Positions 1-15,335 of a stretch of DNA of 64,000 nt are shown in pieces. The DNA is taken from contig OX597814.1 in the NCBI GenBank assembly GCA_951406725.2, forward strand, positions 146,010,001-146,074,000, in the 5' to 3' direction. The notes under the pieces are model-generated. The model was given only the letters and a program-made list of their open reading frames with translations, was not told the DNA's origin and did no database searches. The first letter of the stretch is position 1. Each line of letters opens with the position of its first letter. The translations under genes were made by a program, and so were the position numbers. The DNA is from Octopus vulgaris (Eukaryota).

Positions 1-99
1 ATCCCAGAAACAGATGTAAGTCTTTGACTTTTTTCCAATAATAATAATATATATGTCTCGAGTTGTCTGTCTTGCCTTAACGCTTGTTGTATATATATA

Positions 100-600
100 C
101 TAGCAGTATCGCCCGGCGTTGCTCGGGTTTGTAAGGGAAATAACTATATAAGCATTTTTAGAGAGTTACTTCCCTTATAGATGCCAATTCGGGCTTTCTT
201 AGCCATTTCTGTCTTGGTGACTTCAAGCCATGAAGTCGTTGTTCTAAAAGAACGCTGGTCTCCTTGACAACGATTTACGACGTTGAATTCCTTACACTCC
301 CTTCCTCACAGCTTCACGAGGGAGGGAAGAAAGGGGAGAAGCAAACACAGGTGCAGGTGTTTGAGCGTGGACGCCAACTCCGCCGCCATCGACACACGAA
401 AAATTATGCATCAAAATGGAATAAAAAATTATGCTAAATTATTTTTAAAATCCTAGACTCATCGTAGACGCACGCTACTAGCCAGACGAGCTCGATATTA
501 ATCACGACTATAAGATACCCGAATTTGGTTAAACTGCACCGCAAAATGTAGGAGGAGTTAGGAATCTAAATCGAAGGGGACAGACACTCACACAACTACA

Positions 601-620
<20 letters not shown>
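100..620 (-). mobile_element. Non-autonomous Helitron, copy 1
   Basis: The minus strand ends in hairpin CCCGAGCAACGCCGGG followed by ...CTAG|T, the Helitron 3' signature (plus strand a|ctagcagtatcgcccggcgttgctcggg at 99-127). The 3' ~70 bp match 17553-17620. The 5' end is lost in the (TA)n array. Confidence 0.8.
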
Positions 621-654
<34 letters not shown>

Positions 655-1002
655 TAAATAATTATATATATATAGAGAGAGAGAAATAGTTTTATATATA
701 AATTGGATGTGTATGTAGTAGCTCGCACGTTCATTGCGTACGAATACGTGACGTCATCCAGGGTTTCTCGTATATTCAATTTCCCATTACTATCATTTAC
801 AGCATAACCGGAGTCAAATGACTGAACCAATTAAGGGAATATATACATGGTATTTGTAAACAAACGCTTGGATTTGGAGCTTCGATTCTGACTGTGGTAA
901 GCTCATCATTTTTCAGTCATTTGTTCGTGTTTATAAATTGTCACTTCAAATCGGAGAATAAAATATTATGACATATTATTATACAGTTATATATTTATAA
1001 AT

Positions 1003-1167
1003 ATGACGAGCTTCTTTCAGTTTCCGTCTACCAAATCCACTGCCAAGGCTTTGGTCGGCCCGAGGTTATAGTTCAAGACACCTGCCGAAGCTGTTACAGA
1101 GTAGGACTGAACCTGGAACTCAGTGGCTTGGAAGCAAACGTCTCATTACTTACTCATACCTGCGCCT
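1003..1167 (-). mobile_element. tRNA-derived SINE family A, head fragment
   Basis: Matches the 5' half of the full copy at 10223-10634 (ttctttcagtttccgtctaccaaatccac...ggactgaacctggaac). Confidence 0.8.
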
Positions 1168-1275
1168 TATAACAGAGTGGATGTCGACACGATTGGTAAA
1201 ATTGAGTAATATCAGGCTCTAAGCCCCATATTGTTGTCAGGATAATGAATAAACAAAATGAAGAAATTATTACAA

Positions 1276-1392
1276 TTTAAAGTAATGGCTATTTGCCAAC
1301 ATAATGTGGATGGGACGATGCTACTGTTATTTTAGTAACATCGCCCCTTTCGGGACAGCAACGTTATGTTGGCAAATAGCTTTTACTTTAAA
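1276..1392. repeat. ~117-bp imperfect inverted repeat (MITE-like hairpin)
   Basis: Outer arms tttaaagtaatggctatttgccaacataa / ttatgttggcaaatagcttttactttaaa; inner arms gggacgatgctact / agtaacatcgcccc. Confidence 0.8.
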
Positions 1393-1544
1393 GAACTGTT
1401 ACTAAATGTCTCACTTTGGGAGATTTAGAAATAATAATATTTCTGTACTAGAATCGAAATATGTGGAAATACGAAAACATATCTGAAGATACACAAAATG
1501 GATAAAAATCCAAAAATAATACTGAAGTGAATATGATTTAAACA

Positions 1545-1948
1545 TATGGATTCAGTCTCACCTTGGATAAGTGTCTTCTACTACAGCATCGGGCCGAACA
1601 AAGCTTTGTGAGTTGTTGATTCGATAGACGGAAAGGAAACTGAAAGAAGCTCGTCGTACATACACACACACACATACTTCAACACACACACATATGTATG
1701 TATATATGTATGTATATATATGTGTGCGTGTGTCGCTTTGCTTCTGTGCTTGTCACCCACCTAGGATTGAGAACCTGTGTTGGTGTGTTTACATCACCGT
1801 ACCTTAGCGGTTCGGTAACGAGACCAATAGAATATGTACTAAGCTTTAAAAGTAGATCTTAGTGTCAGTTTGTTCGACAAGAACCCTTGAAGCCGATGTC
1901 CCAGCACGGCTACAGTTAAGTGACTGAAGCAAGTAAAAATAAAAGATA
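1545..1948 (+). mobile_element. SINE family A, 5'-truncated copy
   Basis: Contains ccttggataagtgtcttctact...aaactgaaagaagctcgtcg, a CA/TA spacer, and the tail ccagcacggctacagttaagtgactgaagcaagtaaaa. Confidence 0.8.
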
Positions 1949-2204
1949 TAAACAAAAATACATAATAAAAAGGCAGGATTTAGAGATATGTATAATACTC
2001 TGAAAATAAGTTTTCTAGGCACTGCAAGCGTGCTGCAAAAAAATTATATGACTAACTCAGAACGACAAAACCGATACAAACAATATCTAAACTCTGTTTT
2101 GGCAAACAACAATATTATGACTACGGGTTAAATAAAATTTATTGTTCTTAATGTTTAAATCCCCCTCAGTATTTAAATGGTATTTTATTCTATGGTATTT
2201 ATGG

Positions 2205-2353
2205 CATTTTAAATGGTATTTTATTTTACCGACACCACTGATATGAAAGGGAAAATTGACATCGATCTGATTTCAATTTAAGAGATAAATAATAGGTAGA
2301 AATGACGTAAATTTTTTCCCCCGACACTGTAGCGATAAAACCAGATCGCCGCC
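2205..2353 (-). mobile_element. SINE family B (Nin-domain-like), degenerate
   Basis: Weak match to 44563-44793 (tgaaagggaaaattgac...ccagatcgccgcc). Confidence 0.5.
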
Positions 2354-3593
2354 CCGATAATAATAATTATAACGTCTGATTTTGGCATGAGATTGGCAGC
2401 AAATGACTGTTTTATAGTTATCAAATTTTCCATATGAAATTTAAATCTCTTTTGGATCTCTCCTGCAATAATCTGTGCCTTTGAATTATTGTGTGCTTAC
2501 ACAAGCTAAGCTTGTGAAATATTCATTACACTTTAACGATATAAAATATCTCCATACACTTTACGACGGATACTGTTTACTAGATAAATAAATAATCTGA
2601 ATTATTGTATTATGATATTTAATCATTTCCGAAAGCTTTCTGTGATATGATATAAAACGATATCAACAGCAAAATATCATTGTGTTGCTAAATATACATC
2701 AAAGTATTTTAATGAATCAATGATGCAAAATGTATTTTAAATTTGAAGCTGAGGACACCTTTTTCTTTTTTTCTTACTTAATTCGTCCAAAATCTAAATC
2801 CGATTCACATTTGCTTAAAGCATCATAATCGTGTGAGTTCGCAGAACTCGTAAACATAGCTGTGTAAACATGGGAGAGAAAAGAAAATAATCACCAACTA
2901 TACAGATTGACACTAAAGTTAATACCAACGAAAGGTTAAGAGTTGTGCAAGCTAAATATTTAGCCAACGATTTTATAAGGCTTTCTGAAATAAACAGAAA
3001 CATATATAGATAAACACATATAGAAATTCTCTCTTTCATGCGCGCGCACGCACACACACATACACACACGCATACACGCACATGTGAATATATGCCATTC
3101 TTCTTTGTATACAAATACATTCCTACTTAAAGTATTGAGTACATTATAATAGCAATGTTTATTTACATAGTCGTAAATCAATACAGTCAAGCAGGACCAT
3201 TTGTGAAGCAGATGGAGCGAAGAGTGATTATTTTAAATCTACATCGCATAAAAAGCGAGGGATTTTTGTTATTTTTATTATATTGGTGAAACATAGACAC
3301 ACACAAAAATACGCTGACGCACACATCCATATACACTCCGGCGTTAATTATACACAGTGTCATACCAAAACACACACACACATATAGGTTTTGACAACAG
3401 ATACGCATATATACAGCCACTGAATACCGAACTTATTCATGTTACAATTTCAAAGCGGACAGCACCCGTTGTCCCTTTTGAAATGTAAAGCATATGGTAA
3501 CCTATTCGGTTAATTTAAATGCCACTTGATGTTATTTATAAATTATATGATAACTGGCCATGATAAAGTGGCCTAAGAGAAGATAACTTCACA

Positions 3594-3649
<56 letters not shown>

Positions 3650-4749
3650 TAAAGGGATTTTTTAATACTTAGAGCAAAGAGTATTGCCTGAATAAAGTAA
3701 TGGATACAAATAGAGTGAAAAATCAAACATTACGTATTTTAAAATATATTAGTATTTATGCTTATTATATTACAACATGGTTTACTCTAATTTCTTATAT
3801 TACAGGGCAAAATAAACATTATATATGCGTGTGTGTTTGTGTGTTTGTGTGTGAGTGTGTATGTATGTGAGTATGTATGTGTGTGAGTGTGTATGTGTGT
3901 GTGTGGTCGTGCATGTATGCGGACGCATATTTGTGTATGTGTATGTGTATTAATGAATGTGCGATTGTGCGTGCGCATGTAAGTGCCTATGTATATGTGT
4001 ATTTTAGTGTTAAATACGTAGGAAGTCTTGAATATTAGTTCACAGATTACACATACCAAAGTATTGGTGATATATTCTCAGTTGATTGTTTACATTCGAT
4101 CATATTGATGTTTATCTACAGTAATTTAGCTACTATACTCTATGTTATATCGTAGAGGGAAGTCTACGAATAGAAAATTGTCAGGTCGTTTTCTAGAATA
4201 CCTTGTATAATTGGTCATGAATCTCTGTACTTTAAATTTAAATCCCACCGAAGTTAAGTTTTCGTTTCCATCGTTTCATAGTCGATAATTTAAAGGACTG
4301 GTGCCGTAGTGGAATTCATTCGTCTTTCACCGAGAGCCACCGTCACATAAAACACATCCTAAATTTACCAGTGTATTTTTTTGGGAAAAAAAACATTTTA
4401 ATAGGTTCCGTCATATTCTCATGAACACGGTATCCGTTACGTAGTACGGTCACGTTAAACGCATGGCAATTTTTTGTTACACTAATTTCTGTAACACGCG
4501 TATCTTATAAGCCTATGGAATACTCTGAGCCTGACAGGTTGATTCTAGAAATAGCGACACATTTTATGTAATAATTAAATGCTAATTATGGAGATCGACT
4601 CTGACAACTGGTCATATTTATGGCTCCCCTGCTTCAGCTGCATTTATATATCCAGTTGGAGATGTATAAAAAGCGAGACATTCGGATTCGTAAGATTATA
4701 GTAAAGAATACGCAGCACACACACGTTTTTACATCTGTCATAAACCCAG

Positions 4750-5505
<756 letters not shown>

Positions 5506-5871
5506 TATATTACAGTGACACATTATATTATTCGTTATCTTACCTCAGGTCTAACCCAAAGTAATTAGTTAAATTTTTGTTATAATAAATTGACGTGAAA
5601 CATGCGAAATTTTGTTATTTTAAACTGTTACTAATAACTTAAGAAACAGTTATATGAGTTATATTGATGCAAATGCGACTTGCAAAGCCATACTCGAAGC
5701 AACTAGAAATAATTGCCAAAATCTATTCGAAAATCAACGATAAAATTCCTTTGGAAAATGGTATTCTCAAGACTGGAGTAACTTTAGTCTCTTTAAACTT
5801 TGTTCATTAGCATCATTCCTGCATAACTATAATTGAAATTAATTCCTTAGACAGCGATAGACTTATGTATA

Positions 5872-6047
<176 letters not shown>

Positions 6048-9000
6048 ATTTATAATGATATGTATTGGTTTATTTGTTCCAGGAGGATACGTGTATTAAT
6101 GAAAGATATAGTCTTTATAAGCAAAAAAATATATTAGGACCCTTTACATATATCGAAAGATGAAGAACAAAGACATCTCAGGCGGAATCTGAAATCGCAG
6201 TCTATAGAAACGTGAGAAAACAAGGTGTATGCAATTTTACAGATTGAAGCAATGAATACTAGTTGTTGGGATTTTGCTTAGTGCACTTCTGACTGAGGTA
6301 TTATACATACTGTCGTATACATTTTGGATTTTAACATATAGATAAGGATACATATTTTGGAGAGGTGTGCAGTCACCTTATCATTTCCATTAATTTCTTG
6401 CCAATGATGAACAGCTAATTCGATTTCGGTAGAATTGAATTCATTACATAAACAGAGAAGGAAATATTGCTACGAATTTATTTAAGAATTAACAGCAGAG
6501 ACACAGAGCGAGGCATAGAGAGAGGGGCACCGGCGAGTATATCGACCTAAGTATATTACAGTACGTTCATTATTACACGTCTAAGTGCGAAAGACAAACT
6601 CGAACTCTACTGGATTTGAACTCAGCATATCCAAAAATGCAAATAAATAAGGCAAGACTGTATATTTGTCATTCTACTGATTTTACCCAGCAACAAACAT
6701 ATTCATATATATGATAATGTCAACGATACAGAAGTAATTTATACGGCGCCTAACATCCGTTCAATGTTTGGGTTGTGTATTTTGGGAACAATTATAGCTG
6801 AAAGCTAAGAACTGCTTCATGAGTATTATATACTAAATGAATGTAAAAATACTGGAGTCAAGAAGATGAGGAGCAGTAATGAATATTTGTATTATGAGGA
6901 TTAGAAGGAAATCAGCGGTGACATTAATGAAGTGTATAAAGAAATCATTATTTAAGAAATTATGCAGATCTATTGACGAAAAGAGAGAAACACTTTGCTA
7001 TATATGTGTGCGTGTGTATGTGTGTGTGTGTGTATTTATAGCACGTATACGCATATGTAGATTGTGTGTATGTGTGCGTGTGTGTGTGTATGCATGTATG
7101 CGTGTATGTACGTATATATATACATATATACGAAGAACATCGCTTCATAAGTAATGATAAAGAAACGAAAAATGTTAAGCTGGTTTACAATTAGGATTTG
7201 CAGTGGTTAAAACAATTATTTGTATTGTTTTTTTCATAGCACATGAAATAAAATGGATGTTAATATTTTAAATGAAATTCGCAGTGATGTCCACTTTTGA
7301 CAAGTGTTTACGTCGTATCTTTATAAATTTTCAAAGGCTTTATGACATTAGAATCGTTAGGTGCATGACCTACATTGATGGGCCGACCCACATTCGAGAT
7401 CTATAATCAAGTATATTCTAGGTTTTAACAACTCAACTTTTTCTCAGGTTTGATGAATCTATATCTATATTATCCGATGCTTCTTCTTTTCGTTTAGGAT
7501 GGAATGCTGTTATCTGATGTTTCTTTTGAAGTTACTGTTACCAGGCCGAACAATCACATGAAAACTGTATTGTTGGTTCCTTCTACGTTTTTGATTCATG
7601 TTCACAGATATGTAATTGTGTGGAAGGGAAAATCTTCTCTTTGCAATGGAACTCTGAGAGCGCAAAATAGATTGATGCATACTCAGAATGATCGAATGCA
7701 TTGGAGATATGATCTACGATGTACCCTGCTTTTAATTGAAAGACAATGCACACATAACTGCGTAATGCTTAAAGGTTGCAGCAGAAATCGTTAATCTACG
7801 CTCATCAAAATTTTAAGAAAATTCAAAGGAGGAACAAATATGATGCCTGTTATAATTATAGGGAAATATATACGACAACGATTATCTCGTTGATCTGGTT
7901 TATTTTCTATCATAAGTAAATGCTTAATTTCTTCCTTATAACTTAATTATAACATTATAACTTAATTTCTTCATTATAATTCGTGCCGCGCGTGACATGT
8001 TCAAGTATTCACGAAGTACAAATGAAAAAATAGTTAATAGAATAAACAAGTTTAACTACATTTCAATATATATGGTTGACATACTGGAACCTAATCCAAC
8101 ATCCAGCATTCCACAGCCATCCAAACACGTTGAAAATCTTTAGCGGAATTCCCTCCTTTCCAGCGTCGACATCCGGTTTCCAGTTTGAGAATAACTTGAT
8201 ATATTGATGCTCAGTAACCTTTGGTATTGTTCAGTGTTTCTGCCAATCCCAGAGAGTCAATACTCGTACCTCAGTGCAGCACAATATAAGGACATTGTCG
8301 AATGTCGTAGGAATTTGCTTCGTAATTATGATATTCAGAGTCAAACCATTGCGGTTCAGACTCTATTTTCACATCTAAAACCGACCGCTACCCAATGAAC
8401 AAAAATACGAACGTTTGAAGCAAACCTAAAAATGGAGAGGGTATGTTACGTATAGAAACGGAAGTCGAATGCTTGAGTTATACCCTATACCTACATCGGA
8501 GCTTGTAATAAGGTGATATTAAAGTATTCAACTATGAGTGCATCGCGTATTGTGGCAGAAACGGCTACAAGATAATGAAGTTTATCAGCGTAATTGTTTA
8601 TTTCTTTGTCAATCTAATTCCTAAGAAAGCTTCTTATCACACTGCCATGTATGTATTAGAGCATGTGTGTGTATATATGAATGTATGTATATATGCTTTA
8701 TACGCGCGCACACACACACAGACATATTATTCTATTGCTACTTCATAATAATCCTTATTGTTGTTGTTGTTGTTATTATTATTATGATTAATATGTTCAT
8801 TATTATTATTACACGCGCGCACACACACATGCATATACATATATACACATTGCATTGATAAAAAAATACACGTAGGACGATTGTATTAGAAAAACGACTA
8901 GCCGTGTTGTACATTTGTCTGTGAAACTTTGCTGGAGAAAAAAAGGCTTAATAAGTTTGCCTGTATATTATCTGTTCACAGTATGAAGCTAATAATAGCA

Positions 9001-9172
9001 CGAATTTAAATAATATCTATATTAAATTACATCTATTTCTCATTGACTGGGTGAAGTACTTTTTTGTTGTTGATCTTACCAATTACGGAACTGTAAATTT
9101 AATGTATATATATATATATATATAAACACATAACTATAAATGCATATACACATATGTATACACACACACATG

Positions 9173-9210
<38 letters not shown>

Positions 9211-9821
9211 AATAGTCACTACTCTTCTGTCCTAATATCCTTTCTTTTGTGTAATGCATGCGCAAATGTCAATAGCAACAGGGTAGTTATTCACATCAAT
9301 ATCTACTTAACCGTCTTTAACTCTTTTTATCGAGAAACATTCCACAAAGCAGACAGAATGATGTACCATACTTCTTCACTCTTACAAACATACACGCGAC
9401 AACATAGGAGACATCTACTGTCCTAGACAGTTAGATGCGCACACATACAAACTTACATTTGTTCATTCAATATATTGATAGAAAAAGACAAGATAATCAT
9501 GACGAATGACTCTGATCATAATTCTTCCCAGTAAATGTTTCCCGGAGGAATCATTGTCACTAGGAACTGCAACAACAACGAAAGTAATAGAAAATTTCAT
9601 ATACATATCTACATTTCTGTTCATGTCAGTCTATCTATCTGTCTGCTTGTCTGGCTACCCATCTGTCCATGTATGTATGTATGTCGTTATTCAGTTTATT
9701 TCAAGATTTCTTGTCAATAGAGAAAGAACCAGTTTCTAGCCTAGATCAAAATCAACAACAGGGTATGTATGTATGTATGTATGTATGTATGTATGTATGT
9801 ATGTATGTTTTATGTATGTAT

Positions 9822-10062
9822 TCTCATGCATAGTGTTACATATCTAGACATGCTTGTTATATTTAAATGATAAACTTCTGGAAAGTTTTACTGATTTGTA
9901 TTGTTCTATGATTTGATCAGTAGCCTTCGAATTAGCTTTCTCCTTTCTGATTTTGAGAAGCCTAATTTTTCAAGACTGGTGTGTAGGCAGTGTGTAACAT
10001 ATCCCAGGGCTCCAATAATTGCAGGTATAAACCCGAACCTGTAATCTGGATAGAGTAACTGT
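9822..10062 (-). mobile_element. RLE-type non-LTR retrotransposon (R4/Dong-like), 3' fragment
   Basis: Minus strand encodes QLLYPDYRFGFIPAIIGALGYVTHCLHTSLEKLGFSKSERRKLIRRL, with an IPxxIGALG motif typical downstream of the RLE domain. Flanked on both sides by TATG repeats. Confidence 0.7.
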
Positions 10063-10099
10063 ACGTATGTATGTGTGTATGTGTTTTTCTGTCTCCCTG

Positions 10100-10220
<121 letters not shown>

Positions 10221-10222
10221 AC

Positions 10223-10633
10223 TCTTTACTCTTTACTCTTTTACTTGTTTCAGTCATTTGACTGCGGCCATGCTGGAGCACCGCCTTTAGTCGAGCAAAT
10301 CGACCCCGGGACTTATTCTTTGTAAGCCCAGTACTTATTCTATCGGTCTCTTTTGCCGAACCGCTAAGTGACGGGGACGTAAACACACCAGCATCGGTTG
10401 TCAAGCAATGCTAGGGGGACAAACACACACGCACACAAACACATACACATATATATATATATACATATATACGACAGGCTTCTTTCAGTTTCCGTCTACC
10501 AAATCCACTCACAAGGCATTGGTCGGCCCGGGGCTATAGCAGAAGACACTTGCCCAAGATGCCACGCAGTGGGACTGAACCTGGAACCATGTGGTTGGTT
10601 AGCAAGCTACTTACCACACAGCCACTCCTGCGC

Positions 10634-10634
<1 letters not shown>
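10223..10634 (-). mobile_element. SINE family A, full-length copy
   Basis: tRNA-like head (ggcgcaggagtggctgtgtggtaagtagc...ggttcagtcccac), a central domain, and a tail ending (gagtaaa)n. Embedded in (TCTA)n on both sides. Confidence 0.9.
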
Positions 10635-10664
<30 letters not shown>

Positions 10665-10665
10665 A

Positions 10666-10720
<55 letters not shown>

Positions 10721-11436
10721 GCTCTCTCTCTGTCTATTGTTCAAGTGAGAGAACAGAAGAGATATCAATTGATAAATATACACCGGAAGCAATATAACAT
10801 AGCTTGGGATATGAACACATATGACAAGGCAATATGTTATGAAGTGGCTCTCGTTATTTTCCGGGAGAATCTGAATTCGAGAAATATTCGATGGAATATC
10901 ATTTAATCGTTTAATGTATTAAAGAGAATCTGAACAAAATTGAAAGCTATTTTGTGACATCACATATTACAAGATTAATGACCGTAACCACATATCTTAT
11001 CGTAAAATAAGATGGACAGGTTAGGCAATGTAATCCTTGAAATATTACTTCTGAAAAAACACAGCATGATTGGTTCAAGATGGATATCCAACCAGAGAAA
11101 CTCTACCAAAGTAAATAGTTGAGCATGATGTGTCCTCTGGCTTCGTCGGAGCCTTTCAGACCGCCCTACCTATGTCAGTATAAAACATAGTATTTAAATA
11201 ATAATGATGACGTGCGGGAGTGATATGATATATTTTCCTTCTCAGTGACTTTCTGTATATAAATATATGCCTTGTTTCATTGGAAATACTTCACATCTTT
11301 TGTATGCATATACTGTGTACGTATCGTCATGCTGCAAACAGATTCACATACAATACACACTGATAATGCAGTCACACTCATTATCCAACCGCAAAATGCT
11401 ATAGTTGTAAGAGTAATTGCAAGCGTTGAAATTTAG

Positions 11437-11645
11437 ATGTATGTATGTATGCATGCATGCATGCATGCATGTATGTATGTATGTACGCATGCATGCATAT
11501 ATGTATGTATGTATGCATGCATGTATGTATGTATGTATGTATGTATGCATGCATGCATGTATGTATGTATGTATGTATGTACGCATACATGCATGTATGT
11601 ATGTATGTATGTATGTATGTAAGTTTGTATGTATGTACGTATGTT
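11437..11645. repeat. Compound (TATG/CATG)n microsatellite
   Basis: Seen directly in the sequence. Confidence 0.95.
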
Positions 11646-11649
11646 CTCT

Positions 11650-12618
11650 TTCCCATATCAATTTAGAATATAATTAGACCGGTTACCTGCTCTCTCCCAA
11701 GGTTCTGAAGGAAAGCATTTTGTTACATTCATCTTCCTTTCATTCTTAAGAAGGTCGTGTAGACGATTATAGTCTCATATACTGTAATAATTCGTAGTAT
11801 ATGAAGTGAGGATTTGCCTTATCACTTCGAGAACCCGAGTTCAGCCATACGTTGCTGTAGACGGGTTGGTATGTACCACTTTGGCCAAAAATAGTAAGCG
11901 TAATTCTGAAAGTGTATCTTGGGTAATGAATTTCCAAACTCTTTAACAAAAGTCCATAGATGACCACTTTCTCTTGTATTTTTCTTATCACATCGTTATC
12001 CTAAAGCAGCCAATTCCACAACAGAATAACTCTTCTTTTCCTTGTGATCCCACGCAGGAAAATCAGACCGGTTGCATTTTAACTTGGTGGCTAATATCCG
12101 TCGATATTCTTTTGAGTCATAGGTCTCAGTATAGTAAACTTTGTGTGTAGGTGTCTTCTGTTTTGTTACACTGTTCCTGACTGTTCTGCCAACCTCTTCA
12201 TGCCACAGTTGAAGATATGGAAGCATCTTGGACAATATAGTCTCTCTTTCATTTGTTGCAGATGTCTCATTGTCACAATACCTGCCTTATATGACATCAA
12301 TGCATATTTGAGATAATGACCACCATCCTTGCGTGGGTAGTTATTAATGAAATTTCCTGTAACCCTGAGTAGCTTCCGAATTTGAACATCTAACTCACAG
12401 ACGTCTTGTAGAAACCAGTATATAATATCAACGCAGGTGCGAAAACAGACACTGCAAAGATTTGTGGGCAATATGCTTCTGGTAAGCTGAGAGCCATATC
12501 CTCTTTTGTCTCCTAAGTTATTCATCCCTGTTCCTGGTTTTCTCCCTATTTATGGATCCATCATATCTGCCATTTTCATCTTCTCCAAGATACCTATTAT
12601 TGTTACCTGACTATATTG
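11650..12618 (-). mobile_element. Degenerate RLE-type non-LTR retrotransposon, same family as 9822-10062
   Basis: RT C-terminal remnant (IIYWFLQDVCELDVQIRKLL...YPRKDGG), an RLE-like KCNRSDFPAWDHKEKKSYSVVE (degenerate RPD..D motif), and LEIHYPRYTFRI homologous to QLLYPDYRF. Flanked by TATG arrays. Confidence 0.65.
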
Positions 12619-12883
12619 TACGTATGTATGTATGTACGTATGTATGTATGAACGAATGCATGTATGTATGTTTGTATGTATGAACGAATACATGTATGTA
12701 TGAAGGCATGTATGAATGTATGAGTATACAACTACGTATGTATGTGCGCGTACACGTCTTTGTATATAAATATGTGTGTTTGCGTGCGTGTGTGTATGTG
12801 TGTGTATCTGAATATATATATATATGTGTGTGTGTGTATGTGTGTGTATGTATATATGTATATATGTATGTGATGTACTAACA

Positions 12884-13390
12884 AAATGTAACATATCAGA
12901 TATTGAAGCCATCGTCATCAAAATACAACTTAGATGGTTAGGTTATCTTTCACGTATGAGTGATATCAGATTTCCGAAACAACTTCTTGGCTAATTCGTA
13001 AGAGGAAGGTCAGTTGGAAGGCCAATCTTGCGCTTCAAAGATAAAGGTAAAGACGATATTTCTTCCTGAGAAAACTATGTAACAGAACGCAGGACTTGGA
13101 TCCAGACCCTCGGTTCAAAGATTTGAGCTACATCTACTCCAGCATCAGGACCAACTTCATGCAGCCACGAAGGCACGAGCGTAAAGCTTTGCTCTTATAA
13201 ATGGGAACCTTACCTGTCATTGTAGTTTTGTGGCACGAAAAAAAGCAGGCCGTACGATCACTCAAGAAAGCACATAGTGAATGATCCACAAACACACAAC
13301 CAATCTAAGTTCTCAAATTGATCAATTTGCCAAAAGATTTGCAAGGCACCAATAAGCCTCAAAAGATACATCGTGTCTATAAAACATGAA
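12884..13390 (+). mobile_element. RTE-clade LINE, decayed 3' fragment
   Basis: IEAIVIKIQLRWLGYLSRMSDIRFPKQLL...GRPILRFKD matches the RTE LRWxGHxxRM...RxPK motif; zinc-finger remnants follow downstream. Confidence 0.75.
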
Positions 13391-13429
13391 CGCACGCACA
13401 CACACGCACACACACGCACACACACACAT

Positions 13430-13845
13430 AAATATAAGGAAAAGAATCTGAAAATGCAGGAGTCTTTTTAAAAGTATTTATTAACTTAACTGGTTTCACT
13501 TATTTAAAAAGATTTTCAAAAGTAAAGTGTGATGTCTTGTGTATCCTCTGTGGTGCCAAGTTTCAAAAATTAGTTTACAAATATGTATTCAGATTAAGTG
13601 ATAGTGACTTTGAAAAATGATAAGAAATGTCTTGAGGCTTTGTGTATCCTCTTTGATGAGTCAAAAAATAGTTTACATAAAAACATTCCGATCAGGTACT
13701 AAACTGTTTTACAATGATGACAGGCCATCAGTTCTCTAACAACCGTATTTTAATTTCGATTGTTCGTATATTTGAACTTCCAGGTAGGCTATAACCAGAT
13801 TAGTGTAAGTTGAGGCAACTTTGCACCCTTCGAACCCCTGATGTA
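13430..13845 (-). mobile_element. Penelope-like element remnant (RT fragment plus pLTR)
   Basis: KVASTYTNLVIAYLEVQIYE resembles the PLE RT motif GTxxAPxYANLxMxYLE. The 3' part carries an HHR-like motif. Confidence 0.6.
13484..13523 (-). ncRNA. Minimal hammerhead ribozyme-like motif, U3-A8 core
   Basis: Minus strand reads ACUU-UUGAAAA-U CUU...AAG U-GAAA-CCAG-UU-AAGU; stem I is ACUU/AAGU. Confidence 0.55.
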
Positions 13846-14641
13846 TATATATATATATATACACCCAAAAGTTCTCGCAGAAATATTATGTGCTTGGCAG
13901 GAATAACTAAGAAGCAAGACATTTCGAAAGCCTTTAGATATAAACAATGCATTCTGTACAGACTTGCCACAACTGGAATATAACTACAGTCTATAACGCA
14001 TACCAAGTAATACTCTGTATCTGTATAGATAACATTCCTTTTAAGAATCGATGCAGAGATTGGTAGAAAAAAAATGGATGAATTTTTTTTTACATATGAT
14101 CTGATTATGTTCATTCAAAGAATTATGACTGAGAAGCAACTATCACGCACAGTACACTGCTATAGAAAGATGCATTATCAGTAGTCTTTTAGTTTCAATG
14201 TAGCAGTATCTGTTTTCAAAAATGTTTCCTGGTGAAATAATATAATTAGTAGTACCGTTTCACGATTTGTATATTTAATTTTCATATTTAATCTTAAATA
14301 TGCTCATGAATATATGCGTGTCTAAAATATGGTGAGATGTACAGAGACAGGAAAGACTGTAAATTCTCACAAAATAGCACATTATGTATTCATGTACCCA
14401 ATGAACCTCTATCTTGTATTGGCAATTAGAACAATCAAATGGACAGTTTAGTAAATATATTCATGTGCTTTTATCTTATAGTTTAATTCCATATACATAC
14501 ATTGGCACACAAACTTCTCTCTATGAAAACGTATGTTATTCTCAACATCACATACATATACATACATACATGCATGTATGCATGCATGTATGCATGCATG
14601 GTAACTAACACAAACACAGATAGATATACATACATATATAT

Positions 14642-14708
<67 letters not shown>

Positions 14709-15115
14709 GGGTGTATATGTAAATGCATGTGCATATGTTTCTATATGATTTGCATAGCTGAACATAGATGTGCAGATAATTCTGTGTGCTTGGTTGTATC
14801 TCACTGTGTAACGTTATGCGTGAGTTATACGTTAGTTAATGTGATTTGCATCTGAAATACTGCTTTTGACAAATATGCACAATGAATTTCGAGCGAACAA
14901 TAAGTGAGATCCCATTCACAAACTCACAAAGCTGTGAGTAGATTGAGACCTATTATGCACAGAGCTATTCTGCACTAAATAACTTTCAGTGAATCGCAAA
15001 AATGGTACAGAAGAAAACAATTTAGCGTTTAATCCATAACCACTCTAAATTTAATTACGTATGTCCTCAAGACAAACACTTCTGTAAATATACATATGTA
15101 TTTGTGTGTGCGTGC

Positions 15116-15168
<53 letters not shown>

Positions 15169-15286
15169 CATATTTACAGATATGTGCGTATCAGGCACAG
15201 AGACACATACACATAAATGCATATAGATATGTGTATGGATATGAATGTATATTTATTTATTTTTCCTTGTCATAATCCGATAAAAG

Positions 15287-15334
<48 letters not shown>

Positions 15335-15335
<1 letters not shown>

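Noticed and set aside
6084-6224. Exon-like segment (ttccag...aag|gt)
   Set aside because: Stop codons occur in all three frames; a non-coding exon cannot be excluded but has no support.
8068-8230. Short open frame on minus (KLFSNWKPDVDAGKEGIPLKIFNVFGWLWNAG)
   Set aside because: No recognisable motif or convincing splice sites.
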